Source of the DNA: Chthonomonadia bacterium
GTDB lineage: Bacteria; Armatimonadota; HRBIN16
Assembly (NCBI GenBank): GCA_013314755.1
Contig: JABUFA010000008.1
Span: forward strand, 708 to 64,707
Direction: 5' to 3'
DNA length: 64,000 nucleotides
The notes below the pieces were generated by a model. That model saw nothing but the letters and a program-made list of their open reading frames with translations. It searched no databases and had not been told where the DNA came from. Each line of letters starts with the position of its first letter. Within the stretch, counting starts at the first letter, position 1. The position numbers were made by a program, and so were the translations under genes. This document shows, one piece after another, positions 48,420-58,815 of this stretch.

Positions 48420-48812
48420 GGCACCTGACCCCCAGCCCTCCCGCGCGAGATAGCCCCCCTGTCATCCCCCCGCAAGCAGGGACAGTGCGTCCTCGCCTGC
48501 GGGGAGGTCAGGAGGGGCTGTTCTGCGTCACTGGGCAACCACAGGGGGTTGCCCCTACAACATCTTTTGGAGGGCGAGGCTCCTGCCGAGCCGTGTATGA
48601 GTCCCTCCCCGCCTGCGGGGAGGTCAGGAGGGGCTATGCAGGGTCGGCTCACCGGGAGGTTCGCCCTCCAGCATGAGGGGTCACCTCTCCCCGCGTCGGG
48701 GAGAGGCTGGGAGAGGGGTTTACTCCGTGTTTCCCTCTCCTTGTGGGAGAGGGTCAGGGTGAGGGCTTCTTTCCATCCTCTCCCCGCGTCGGGGAGAGGT
48801 CTGGAGAGGGGT
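48420..48812. repeat. Mosaic of several REP-like palindromic repeat families
   Basis: 26-bp direct repeat at 48494 and 48610; GTAG-type palindrome at 48533-48559; inverted GGAGGGCGA pair at 48568-48593 and 48645-48670; CCTCTCCCCGCGTCGGGGAGAGG at 48684 and 48777; CCCTCTCC..GGAGAGGG at 48733. Confidence 0.8.
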
Positions 48813-48827
48813 CTATGCAATGCCACC

Positions 48828-49598
48828 TCATCGCCACATATCCCATACCAGCCGCGCCAGTATCGCCGCCACCGCCCACAGGAAAAACCGGCGGATGAAG
48901 GGACTGCCCTGTCGCATCGCCAGGCGACTGCCCAGCCACCCTCCCAGCACGTTCGCCAGCAGGAAGGGAACGGCAAAAAGCCACTGCACGTGTCCCTGCC
49001 AGCCAAAGGTAATCAACGCAGCCAGATTGGTGGTGCAGTTCAGCACTTTGGTATGAGCGGTTGCGCTGAGGAAGTCCATCCCTAACAGAGCGGTCATGCC
49101 AAACATCATAAAACTGCCCGTGCCCGGACCGAAGAAGCCATCGTATACCCCGCATATCAGCGCAATCAGGCTCAGCACGCGCACAGGGTGCTTCGCGGTG
49201 GCGGGCTGATGTGCGGTCACCCCCAGCGACCTGCGCCGCCAGGTATACAGCCACACCGCCACCAGCATCACCACCACCAAGGGGCGCATGACGGCGGAAC
49301 TGAGATAGGTTGCCAGCCGCGCCCCCAGTGCGGAGCCGACAAAAGCTGCCACGATGGGCAGATACAGTCTGCGCCACTGTACGTGTCCGCCGCGGGTGTA
49401 CTGCCACGCCGCCATCGTGGTGCCGCTGATGGCGATAAGCTTGTTTGTGCCCAGAACCGTCGCCGGGGCGAACTGGGGAAACAGCAGAAGCAGAGCGGGT
49501 ATCTGAATCAACCCGCCGCCGCCCACAATGGCGTCAAAAAAGCCCGCCCCCAGCGAGGCAAAACACATCAAAAGCGTGTTGGGCGATAGCAGGCTCAT
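48828..49598 (-). CDS. TSUP/TauE (sulfite exporter-like) membrane protein
   Basis: AGFFDAIVGGGGLI, GTNK, YDGFFGPGTGSF. Confidence 0.88.
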   Translation of the reverse strand: MSLLSPNTLLMCFASLGAGFFDAIVGGGGLIQIPALLLLFPQFAPATVLGTNKLIAISGTTMAAWQYTRGGHVQWRRLYLPIVAAFVGSALGARLATYLSSAVMRPLVVVMLVAVWLYTWRRRSLGVTAHQPATAKHPVRVLSLIALICGVYDGFFGPGTGSFMMFGMTALLGMDFLSATAHTKVLNCTTNLAALITFGWQGHVQWLFAVPFLLANVLGGWLGSRLAMRQGSPFIRRFFLWAVAAILARLVWDMWR

Positions 49599-50785
49599 GA
49601 GGCGGAGTTACTCTCCTTCGGTTGCGGGCAGGTATCAGGAAACACCACACCAAAGCGACTGCCCACGTTCATCTCGCTTTCCACCCACACCCGCCCTCCG
49701 TGTGCCTCCACCAGATGCTTCACAATCGACAAACCCAGTCCGGTACCCCCCCTGGCGCGACTGCGTGCCTTGTCCACGCGATAGAAGCGTTCAAACACCC
49801 GTTCCAGATGCTCATGCGGGATGCCGATACCGGTGTCCTCGATAATGATTTCACTGCTGTCCGGGTGTTTGACCGCACGGACGAACACCTGCCCGCCCGG
49901 ACGATTGTATTTGATGGCGTTATCTATCAGGTTCCACAGTATCTGCTCGAGATGGTCACGTTGAGCGCAGATGGTGAAGTCCGCCGGCACATCCACGTTG
50001 AGGCTCACTTTTGCCTCCTCTGCCTGGGGGCGAACCTGATCGAGCAGGGGACGAAGCACGCTGTGCAGTTTTACCTTCTGTACCTGGGGCACGGGGCGTG
50101 CCTCTGCCTTCGCCAGCACCAGCAGGTCCTCCGTCATGCGGGTCAGGCGTTCGGTCTGATGCACGATGGTGTTCAGGAACCTCTGCTGGATGGCGGGGTC
50201 ATCGGGGGGTGACTCCAGCAGAGCCTCTGCGTTCGCCCGAATCGAAGCCAGCGGAGTGCGCAGCTCGTGCGAGACGTTCGCCACGAAATCACTGCGGATT
50301 TGTTCCAGACGACGCAGTTCGCTGATGTCGGTCAGCACCACCAGATAGGTCGATTCCGCGGCATCGGGAGCGGTGGGCAGCGGCAGGATGCGCACGAAAA
50401 CGGTTCGCGTCTGCGGATGGCTGATTTGCAGCTCGGCATGTTGTGGACGCTGTGTCTGGACGCATCGGGTCAGAAGCAGGTTCAGGTCATAGCACAGCGT
50501 GCGCTGGAGCAGGGTTCGCCCCAGAAGCCCTTCACCGAGCAGGCGGATAGCGGCAGGGTTGGCGGAGGTAATCACGCCCTCTGCCGTTACCAGCATCACC
50601 GCGTCCTGCAGAGATTCCATCACATGCTGGAGCAGGGAGCGATAGTGCTGAAGTTCCGCCGAGGTCTGCTCATATCGCTGTTCTAACGGGGCAACCTGCT
50701 CCTCCGTACGACGCAGTTTAATCGCCAGCACCATGACCGCCACACCGAGCACCAGCACCAGCAGCCATGGCAATAGTGCAATCAT
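49595..50785 (-). CDS. phoR: PhoR-like sensor histidine kinase
   Basis: One TM, PAS, DFVANVSHELRTPL, NLIDNAIKY, FERFYRVDKARSR, GGTGLGL. Confidence 0.75.
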   Translation of the reverse strand: MIALLPWLLVLVLGVAVMVLAIKLRRTEEQVAPLEQRYEQTSAELQHYRSLLQHVMESLQDAVMLVTAEGVITSANPAAIRLLGEGLLGRTLLQRTLCYDLNLLLTRCVQTQRPQHAELQISHPQTRTVFVRILPLPTAPDAAESTYLVVLTDISELRRLEQIRSDFVANVSHELRTPLASIRANAEALLESPPDDPAIQQRFLNTIVHQTERLTRMTEDLLVLAKAEARPVPQVQKVKLHSVLRPLLDQVRPQAEEAKVSLNVDVPADFTICAQRDHLEQILWNLIDNAIKYNRPGGQVFVRAVKHPDSSEIIIEDTGIGIPHEHLERVFERFYRVDKARSRARGGTGLGLSIVKHLVEAHGGRVWVESEMNVGSRFGVVFPDTCPQPKESNSAS

Positions 50786-50788
50786 TCT

Positions 50789-51466
50789 TCATCCCCGAAA
50801 CTTGTAGCCCACTCCCCGCACCGTCAGCAGATACTTCGGTTTGCGTGGGTTTGGCTCGATCTTCTCGCGAAGCCAGTGGATGTGTACGTCCACCGTGCGC
50901 TCTTCGATGTACTTATCTTCACCCCACACACGGTCCAGCAGGGTCTGACGCGAAAAGACCTGCCCGGGGTGCTCCATCAGGAAGCGCAGCAGTTCGAACT
51001 CTTTAGGTGAGAGGTTCAACAGCCTGTCGCCCAGCCGGGCTTCATACTGATTGACATCCACCGTGAGGTCTCCCGCTTTCAACACGGGACCGGCGGGAGC
51101 GGAGGAGGCTGAAGCCCGCCTCATCACCGACCGGATGCGCGCCATCAGCTCGCGCATGCTGAACGGCTTGGTGATGTAGTCGTCCGCGCCGATTTCCAGC
51201 CCCACCACGCGGTCGCCCTCTGCCCCTCTGGCGGTTAACATGATGATGGGCACGTTACTCTGTTTGCGCAGAATCTGGCAGACCTCAAAGCCGCTTCGCG
51301 TGGGCAGCATCACGTCCAGAATGACCAGGTCGGGGTTCTGCTCGTTGAAGAGCTGGATTGCCTGTTCGGAGTCGGTTGCAGTGATGACCTCGAACCCCTC
51401 GCGCTGGAGCGCATACTGCAGGGCGTCCAGCAACGGTTGTTCGTCGTCCACGACCAGGGCTTTCAT
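50789..51466 (-). CDS. PhoB/OmpR family response regulator
   Basis: REC (ILDVMLP, KPF) plus winged helix (ERTVDVHIHWLREKIE, TVRGVGY). Confidence 0.9.
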   Translation of the reverse strand: MKALVVDDEQPLLDALQYALQREGFEVITATDSEQAIQLFNEQNPDLVILDVMLPTRSGFEVCQILRKQSNVPIIMLTARGAEGDRVVGLEIGADDYITKPFSMRELMARIRSVMRRASASSAPAGPVLKAGDLTVDVNQYEARLGDRLLNLSPKEFELLRFLMEHPGQVFSRQTLLDRVWGEDKYIEERTVDVHIHWLREKIEPNPRKPKYLLTVRGVGYKFRG

Positions 51467-51479
51467 CGCATTTCCCTGC

Positions 51480-52607
51480 TCACTCCGCGATAATCTCTAC
51501 GTTGGCGCGGGGAACCACCACGCGCTCGCCGTCCTCCAGCTGCGCCTCCAGCACGCGCACCATCGCGCCGGTAGGTATCTCCACCAGCTGCGGCGGCAGG
51601 GCGGTCACCGTCGCCAGCTTGCCGAAGTACGGCTCGCGGATGATGCGGATATGACTGCCGACCTCCAGTACCTGCGCCTCGAACGCGGCGCGCGGCAGAG
51701 GCTCGTTCGCCAGCTCAGGACGGGGTACTATCACCTCGGGGCGGATGACGCCGGCGCGAATCTGCGTGGCGCCGTTGATGGATGCCATCCTGCCCTCCAG
51801 ACTGCGAAGCAGGTTGAAGGTGCGCTGTGCCATCCGAATCTCCCCGAAACCTTCGGTGAGAATAAGCGTCAGCGGGATGTCTTCATGCCCGGTGATAGCC
51901 ACGCCGATATCGTAGCCCAGAAACTCCACCAGGTCGGTGTCCAGCGTGCCGCCCACCACGATACCCACAACGCCCATCTCTCCCGCTTTGCGCAGAGCGG
52001 AACCCGAGATGAAACTGCCCCCCACAATCACCTTGCCTGCGAGGTCGGGAGTTATCATTCCATCGGTGATCGGCTCATCGGGGCTGTTCACCAGCATTTT
52101 GATTTCGCCCAGTCGCTCGCCGCCCACGCCAAAGATGCCCTGCACCAGCGAGCCGTGCGTCTCGATCACCACGCCTTCCTGCGGGATAACCTCCACCACT
52201 TTGCCCGCGATGTATGCCCTCACCTCTAAGGGGGTGGGTTTCTCCCGGATGCCCACGTGTCCCGACACTTCGGAGATAAGCTCCACCGTGCCCTCAATGG
52301 GCGATTTGACCTCACTGCGGAACAAACCGAACAGCCCGCGCGACTCGGCGATCACCGTGCCCACCTGCACCTCGTCGCCTACTTTTACCTTCAGCATCCG
52401 GGGCAGCTCGTCCGGTTGCACACCCAGCTGTTCCGCCACTCGAACCGTCTGCATAATGCCCGGTATCTCCGCCCGGGCGACAACCGTATCTGGTGTGACC
52501 TCCTGCCCCTCCTGCACCGTCACCGTTCCCTTCAGGGGAAGGCGTCGCGTTTTGCGGATCAGGGCATGAGCACTTACCGCCAGACCGGGAGTATATGCCG
52601 TTCCCAA
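51480..52607 (-). CDS. Conserved-looking hypothetical protein with barrel-sandwich-hybrid repeats and a KOW-like C-terminus
   Basis: 375 aa, GGAGG RBS, strong coding bias; VKVGDEVQVGTVIA...KSPIEGTV hybrid motif; VGSHIRIIREPYFG. Confidence 0.75.
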   Translation of the reverse strand: MGTAYTPGLAVSAHALIRKTRRLPLKGTVTVQEGQEVTPDTVVARAEIPGIMQTVRVAEQLGVQPDELPRMLKVKVGDEVQVGTVIAESRGLFGLFRSEVKSPIEGTVELISEVSGHVGIREKPTPLEVRAYIAGKVVEVIPQEGVVIETHGSLVQGIFGVGGERLGEIKMLVNSPDEPITDGMITPDLAGKVIVGGSFISGSALRKAGEMGVVGIVVGGTLDTDLVEFLGYDIGVAITGHEDIPLTLILTEGFGEIRMAQRTFNLLRSLEGRMASINGATQIRAGVIRPEVIVPRPELANEPLPRAAFEAQVLEVGSHIRIIREPYFGKLATVTALPPQLVEIPTGAMVRVLEAQLEDGERVVVPRANVEIIAE

Positions 52608-52649
52608 TGAGCAGTAACCTCCAGAATCCTTACTTTTTAATCCTTTGCT

Positions 52650-52678
52650 AGTGTATCGTGAGAGAGGCGGTGTGTCAA
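52650..52678 (-). promoter_or_regulatory. sigma70 promoter of the hypothetical-phoB-phoR-tauE unit
   Basis: TTGACA-N17-TACACT. Confidence 0.7.
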
Positions 52679-52824
52679 GTCACGCGCAAAGGAGCGATTG
52701 TTAAGGGAGTGTTATGTGGGAATGGTGTTGTATATTATGACCGTATAGGTCATCCCCTGTCACGCTGAAAAGAAGTGAAGCATCTCACCTTTGAGATTCT
52801 TGGCTTCGTGCAGGGGAGCAGTAA

Positions 52825-53691
52825 TCAGACAGACCGATAGTATCGCTCTACTCTCTCCTGAAGTAGCTTGCCAACTTCTTGGTACTCGCTTTCCTGTCGC
52901 GCGAGAAAATATTCTGCCAGTCGCGTCAGGGTGGCGCCACGTCTGAATAGTACCTTGATAATCCCCTGTTCCCACAGCTCATCTTTCTGTAGTATCTTCT
53001 GCCATCGGCTAACAGGCAGGTCCTTGATTTCCCAGAAGCTTTTCTCCGGATTTGAATCGAAGTCTATCTCAGGTATCATGGGAATATCTTCCTTCCACCG
53101 CTTTAACCAATCAATCATCATGTCCCAGTACTCTGGCTTACCAAGAAATGCAAAAATGTCCTTGCCATAGAACAGGTGAAGAGGAACTCCATACGACTCT
53201 TCAAGCTGCTTCAGCTCGCTTTCGTAATAAACCCTGTTCTTTGCAAGGGAAGGATCGACGAAGTACATTATTCCGGTCAGGGGGCTATAATGAACGGAAA
53301 GGTACGCCAGTTTCTTTCGGAAATTGTCTATTTGCCCACGCTTTTTCGAGGAGTCATGGTCGTCCCGTATTTTTTGCTCAATAAAGAAGCAGGTTGAACC
53401 GTCTGTAAAGAACTGGTCTAAAGACAGTTTCTCCTCGCCGACATGAATGATCTTGGGTAGGTTCGAGAACCCCATGTCTTCTACCAGATTCTCAATGAAT
53501 TGCTCTAACGCGCGTCCGAACCTTATCTCGTGAGACTGGAGCAAGTTTTGCAGTATCTTCGTTTCGGGCTTTGATGGCCTGAACAACCCGAGGAATCTTT
53601 CTGGACTCTCGGCAATCTTCTCAAGAAGGTCTCTTTTGCCGTGTTCGAAAATGCAAACGTTCATTATTTCACAAAATCTCGAGTAGTCCAT
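52825..53691 (-). CDS. Type II restriction endonuclease (HpyAIV-like)
   Basis: GLFRPSKP, QSHEIRFG, DQFF...FIEQKIRDDHDSSKKRGQ (PD-(D/E)XK). Overlaps the MTase; lower GC. Confidence 0.78.
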   Translation of the reverse strand: MDYSRFCEIMNVCIFEHGKRDLLEKIAESPERFLGLFRPSKPETKILQNLLQSHEIRFGRALEQFIENLVEDMGFSNLPKIIHVGEEKLSLDQFFTDGSTCFFIEQKIRDDHDSSKKRGQIDNFRKKLAYLSVHYSPLTGIMYFVDPSLAKNRVYYESELKQLEESYGVPLHLFYGKDIFAFLGKPEYWDMMIDWLKRWKEDIPMIPEIDFDSNPEKSFWEIKDLPVSRWQKILQKDELWEQGIIKVLFRRGATLTRLAEYFLARQESEYQEVGKLLQERVERYYRSV

Positions 53692-54652
53692 CCTCGGTTT
53701 CCTCTACATTTAGGTGTTGGCTGGCTATCATTTCAATGGACGGGCGAAGGTCTATGGTTTTCAGAGGATGGTTGAACCTTTTTTGGATCCACTCCACGTA
53801 CTTTGGGTTGATTTCAATCAACACAAAGTTCCTGTTGAGTGCCCTAGCAACATATCCCGTTGTACCTACCCCAGCAACAGGGTCCAGGATTAGAGAACCT
53901 TCATGGGTGGAAGTAAGAATCACTCGCTTCAACAGCTCAATGGGTTTCTGCGTGGAATGTACCTTCCTGCCCATCTCATCCTTCAGTCGCTCTTTGCCGT
54001 TGCACAGCGGAAGCACCCACACATTCGCCCCTACCTTGCCAATGCCGAGCTGCTTTGCCTGTTCCTTGTTGAACACGTACTTCTTGGCGTTTTTGTCTTT
54101 CACAGCCCATATCAGGGTCTCGGTGGCATTGGTGAAGCGAACGCTCAGCCAGTTGGGCATCGGATTGGTTTTGACCCAGATGACATCGTTTAATATCCAG
54201 TATCCGAGGTCCTGCATGATCTTGCCTATCCTAAAAATACTGTGATACGTTGCTATTACCCAGATGGTTGCGTTGGGCTTCATGACCCTTTTTACTTGGG
54301 TCAGCAGTTCACTGATAAACCTATCGTAAGCCTCAAAAGAGGGAAACTTATCCCACTCGTCGTCAACGCCCTCTACAACGGTCTTAACCGTCCACCTTTT
54401 GAGCTCTTTCTTCGGAAGCTGCAGGAAGTAGGGAGGATCGATGAATACCATATCAAACACTTCTTCAGGCAGTTTCTTCAACACTTTCAGTGCGTCACCC
54501 AGGATAACGCCATTCATCACCTCTTCAATGGTGTAGGTTTGCCTCTGCTCGCAATCGGAAATGGACTTTATCTGGTCGGCTTGACCAGCATCCTCCATTG
54601 CAAACAAAGTGTTTGTCTCACTCACCTTTTCATTCTTGGTAGTGTATGCCAT
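53669..54652 (-). CDS. Beta-class amino DNA methyltransferase (CcrM/M.HinfI-like)
   Basis: DPPY before motif I (LDPVAGVGTT); WILNDVIWVKTNPMPN, NATETLIWA, ERLKD...HSTQKP. Confidence 0.88.
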   Translation of the reverse strand: MAYTTKNEKVSETNTLFAMEDAGQADQIKSISDCEQRQTYTIEEVMNGVILGDALKVLKKLPEEVFDMVFIDPPYFLQLPKKELKRWTVKTVVEGVDDEWDKFPSFEAYDRFISELLTQVKRVMKPNATIWVIATYHSIFRIGKIMQDLGYWILNDVIWVKTNPMPNWLSVRFTNATETLIWAVKDKNAKKYVFNKEQAKQLGIGKVGANVWVLPLCNGKERLKDEMGRKVHSTQKPIELLKRVILTSTHEGSLILDPVAGVGTTGYVARALNRNFVLIEINPKYVEWIQKRFNHPLKTIDLRPSIEMIASQHLNVEETEDGLLEIL

Positions 54653-54959
54653 GCTCTCTCCCTCATCCTGCGCTCAAGTGCAGGCTATCTCTTACAGCCA
54701 GTTGAAAGAAGCCGAGACGACTTATGCCGGCAGCAGCTCGCTCTATCATCCGGGCACTGTCAACCTCGCAAGTAGTAAGTTATCAGAAGGCAAAGGCTTT
54801 GTCAAGACAAGCAGCGTCTCATGTCATAGCTCAGAGCACGCATTCACGATACAGAATCGCTTCCTTCAGCGAAACAGCAATTCAGACGTCGCAGGCAGGA
54901 AAGGGCGCCGACGCTACGAAGAGTGGTGTACAGAGTGCATCGCTGACAGGAGGCTGAAG

Positions 54960-57900
54960 ATGGGTCGGGCAATGGCGGCTCTGCTCGTTTTTTGCTGTGC
55001 GCTCTGCCTGGCGCAAAACCCCCTCACCAACGGCGGGTTTGAACTGCTGGACACACAGGGCAGACCGATAGACTGGCAACTGCTGGGCGAAACCGTTACG
55101 GTAACCACCGATGCGCACTCCGGCAGATACGCCCTGCGCTTTGAACGCGGCACCGGGCGCAACGTGCCACCCGAAATCGGCTTGAACCGGGACTGGCAAC
55201 CCGATAGCGGACAGCAGGGCAGGATGCTTGCCGAACGCAAAGGGGGCATCGTGTTCTGGTATAAACTGCTCTCCGCTTCGCCGGGCGCGTCGGTCAGCAT
55301 TCAGGTCATCCCCATGAGCGCACGTCCCTTTGAGGACACCGGCTCTTCGCGCGCGATTTACCAGATACCGCTTCGCCATGCGGGCGATGGACGGTGGCAC
55401 CAGGGCAAGCTCGTATACGACTTCACCGATAACCCAAAGGTCAAATGGGTGCATGTGGGCGTGCGATTGACGGGCGGAGCCGCCGTGCTGATTGTGGACG
55501 ACATGGAGTACGTGGCGCAGGTGGGCGCGGTGTTGCAGTTTGAAAAGATGCACTTCTATCCCGACCGGTCTACTCCGCATCGCGCAGGGATGTTCACCGC
55601 CAGCGTGACCAACAACGGCGACGCGCCCGCCCAGCCCGTGCAGGTGCAGATTCGCGTCCCTGAAGGATGGCAGGTAGAGCCTTTGCGCGTTCCGCAGGCG
55701 CGTGCCATCGCCCCGGGCGACGGAATCGTGTACCGATGGCTGGTGAAAGGCGTGCTGAAACCCGCCACCCTGCGATTGACCGCTACCGACGGCACGGATA
55801 CCGTGCAGGACGAGTTTGCGCTGTCGCCCCGCGTGGATCTGGAGAGCGTGCTGATGAAGCCCGCCATGGTGGCGCCCGGGGGGACGGCAGAGGTTATTGC
55901 GACATTACATAACCGTGGGAGCGCGATAGCGGAGGGAATTGCTCTGTCCGCTCAGGTGGTGACGGGGCGCACGCTGAGCCTGCTCTCGCCAGCCACACAG
56001 CGAGTGCCCGCCATTGCGCCCGGCAGAAAGGCGCAGGTACGCTGGAAGATACGCGCGGGCAGGTCGCTGGGCGAGTGGCAGGTAGTCTGCCATCTGCCGA
56101 CCAAAGGAGAATCCACGCAGAAGGCGAACGCCTCGCTTATCGTGACGGATGCCCTGAATAGACCAGCGGAGCATGTGGCAGGCACGTTGTGGATACGACG
56201 CGGCTCTGACCGAATCGTTGGCGAACTGCGCGTCGGCAACCGACTGATGGCGCGAATGCCTCACTTAGGCAGTGTGGTGGTGCGTCTGCCGGATGGTTCG
56301 GTGCAGCGGCTCTTCCCGCGCTACGGGATACCGATTTCCCGTGGTCGAAAGGAGCATCGGCTACTCACCGGGAGCGCTCGCGACCGCGCCGGCGCACGCT
56401 GGACGTTCACCCTGTCGGTTAGCGTTTTGGACAGGTATGCGCTGAGGTTGGAATATGCCTGTGCACCCGATAGACCGCGACAGGTGCTGGCGTTCGAGGG
56501 ACCTATTCTGCTGGCAGGCGATGGAAGCACCGCCGACGCCAAGAGCGAAGCCCTCTTCCCCGGGTTGGAGTGGTTGGTCGCCGACGAAGTGAGCAGCAGC
56601 GACCTCGATATCGCCGCCGACCACCCTGACCGCATCCGCTTCGTACCCCATCCGCATAAGGTGACCATTCCCGCGATGGGCGTAAGGACACCAGTGGGCG
56701 TGGTGGGGCTGTTGTGGAACGTGCACGACCGCTGGAGTAGAGAACATGCTCTGCCTCAGCCCGTGTTTGCCGTGCCCGACCGGCTGAAAGGAACCGCCAC
56801 CCACCGGCTGGGACTGATAGCGCCCAATGTGCCCACAGGTCTCGGAGAGAACCGTCTGACCGCCCAAAAGCCCTTCGTGGTAACGCATGGCGACTCTCTA
56901 CGCCTGAACGCAGTGGTGGTCACCGACCCGCAGGCGAAAGATGCGCTGAGCGTGATAGACCGCTGATTCGCCCTGTTCACCGCCGACCCGCCTCTGCCCG
57001 CCCCGCAGGGGAGCGACCTCCAGCAGATAGCGTGGAGCATGACCGCATACACCGATCCGCTGTGGGTCTCCGACGAGCAGGGCTGGCTGCCGTTTCAGGG
57101 CGGTCCCGCTATCTGGTCGCACCCGGCTTTCCGTGCGGACTATGTGTATGACCTGCTGAAAGCGCTGACCCTGCTCCCGCAACATGCCGACGCCCCGAAG
57201 TGGCGTGCGCTGGTGGACCGCACAGTGAGTCGGATAAGCACGCCCCAGGCGGAGGACATGCAGTTCGAGCATGGCGACCCGGCAAACAGCCTCGCCTTTT
57301 TGCGTGCTCGCGCGCTGGAACTGATACAGTCACAAAACCCCGATGGCTCGTGGGGCTTTGATGCCGACCGGCGCGACCAGGGCGTGTTCAAGGGCTATGA
57401 CTATCATCTGTTAGGACCTCCAGACGCGGTGGAGCTGGGAACCTGCGCCCGCAACGCCTATGAAATCCTGCGCTATGCACGCCTCTCCGGCAGTGAGGAG
57501 GCTTATCGCGCGGGCGCGAAGACGCTGGAGTTCATGCGGCGTTTCACGGTGCCGCGCGCCGCGCAGGTCTGGGAGGTTCCGGTGCACACGCCCGACATCC
57601 TCGCGGCGGCAGACGCCGTGGACGCTTACTTAGAAGGCTACTGGTTCAGTGGCGACAGGCGATGGCTGGCGGAGGCGCGCCGCTGGGCGCGAGCGGGATT
57701 GCCGTTCGTGTACGTCTGGAACGCGCCAGGCAAGCCGTGGATGCGCTATGGCTCCATCCCGGTGTTCGGAGCGAGTCTGTATATGGTCAGCTGGTTTGGC
57801 AACATCGTGCAGTGGAACGGCTTACGCTATGCTTACGCGCTGTTGAAGCTGTGCGAAACCGATAAGAACGCGCCCCCGCTGTGGCGACAGATGGCTCTGG

Positions 57901-58808
57901 GCATCACCCGCTGTGCCATGTACCAGCAGTCTGCCTCTGGGCAGAACCTCACCCTCTGGCCCGACAGCTACCACACCATTACCGACGTGCGCGCCGCGTG
58001 GGATTTCCCGCCTCGCCAGATACTGAAGAACGTTTACCACTTCATTGGGCATGAGGAGGAACCTCGTACCGTTCGCCTGTCCAGTGGAGTGCGCATCACC
58101 AGCCGGGCGGCAAAGATGCAGGTTCGCGAGACAGCTGATACTCTGCATATCGTCCTGCGCCATCCGACGGGCGAAGCGGGCAGCGTGCTGGTGAGTGGGG
58201 TGACACGTCCAGCCTCGGTTACATTGAACGGCCAGGCTCTGCCGGAGGCTCAGCGCGCTTTTACCCGCGAGCCCAGCTGGAGATACTCGCCTCAGCACCA
58301 CGCGCTTATCATTCGCGTGAACACTGATGCCGAGGTCACTATAGAGATACGCGGCGTGCGCAGGGCGGCTGTGCCCGCATTGCCCGGTCCGGTAACTGTC
58401 CTGCGCTTCGAGTTCGACGAGCACACAGAGGGCTGGGACGCCGCCAACGACCTGCAGCCGCTGGAGGTGGACGAAGGGGTGCTGAAGGTGCGCTCCACCG
58501 GCGGTGACCCCTATATGATACGCCCCATGTGCCGCTTCGACGGCGACGCCATAAGGCGCATCCGCATTCGCCTGCGGGGAACCGGAGGCAGAGGCGGTCA
58601 GTTCTACTGGACGACAGCCAGCTCTCCCGGTTATGACGAGACAAAGGTAATCCGTTTTGAACTGCCTCTGGACGGCGCGTGGCATGAGTTGGTGCTTCCG
58701 GTGGGCGAGCATCCCCTGTGGCGCGGACAGACCATTACCGCCATCCGCCTGGACCCGGGTTCCGCACCAAACACCGTCGTGGAGATAGACTGGATACGGG
58801 GCGAGTAG
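54960..58808 (+). pseudogene. Large secreted multidomain glycan-active protein (~1280 codons) split by an in-frame TGA at 56964-56966
   Basis: Signal peptide MGRAMAALLVFCCALCLA|Q; CBM-like and CARDB/Ig-like segments. IDR*FALFTADPP continues in frame into ORF 57039..58808 (alpha-barrel-like region, C-terminal RLDP module). Confidence 0.7.
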
Positions 58809-58815
58809 GCATCAC

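Noticed and set aside
48420-48812. Possible CRISPR array
   Set aside because: The repeats are heterogeneous, at most two copies each, irregularly spaced, and there are no cas genes.
47495-49006. 503-aa minus-strand ORF
   Set aside because: It is an antisense shadow of the M23 gene plus translation of the GC-rich palindromic repeats, with no coherent domain.
54609-54959. N-terminal extension of the 785-aa ORF
   Set aside because: It overlaps the MTase start. The RBS, signal peptide and promoter motif all point to ATG 54960.
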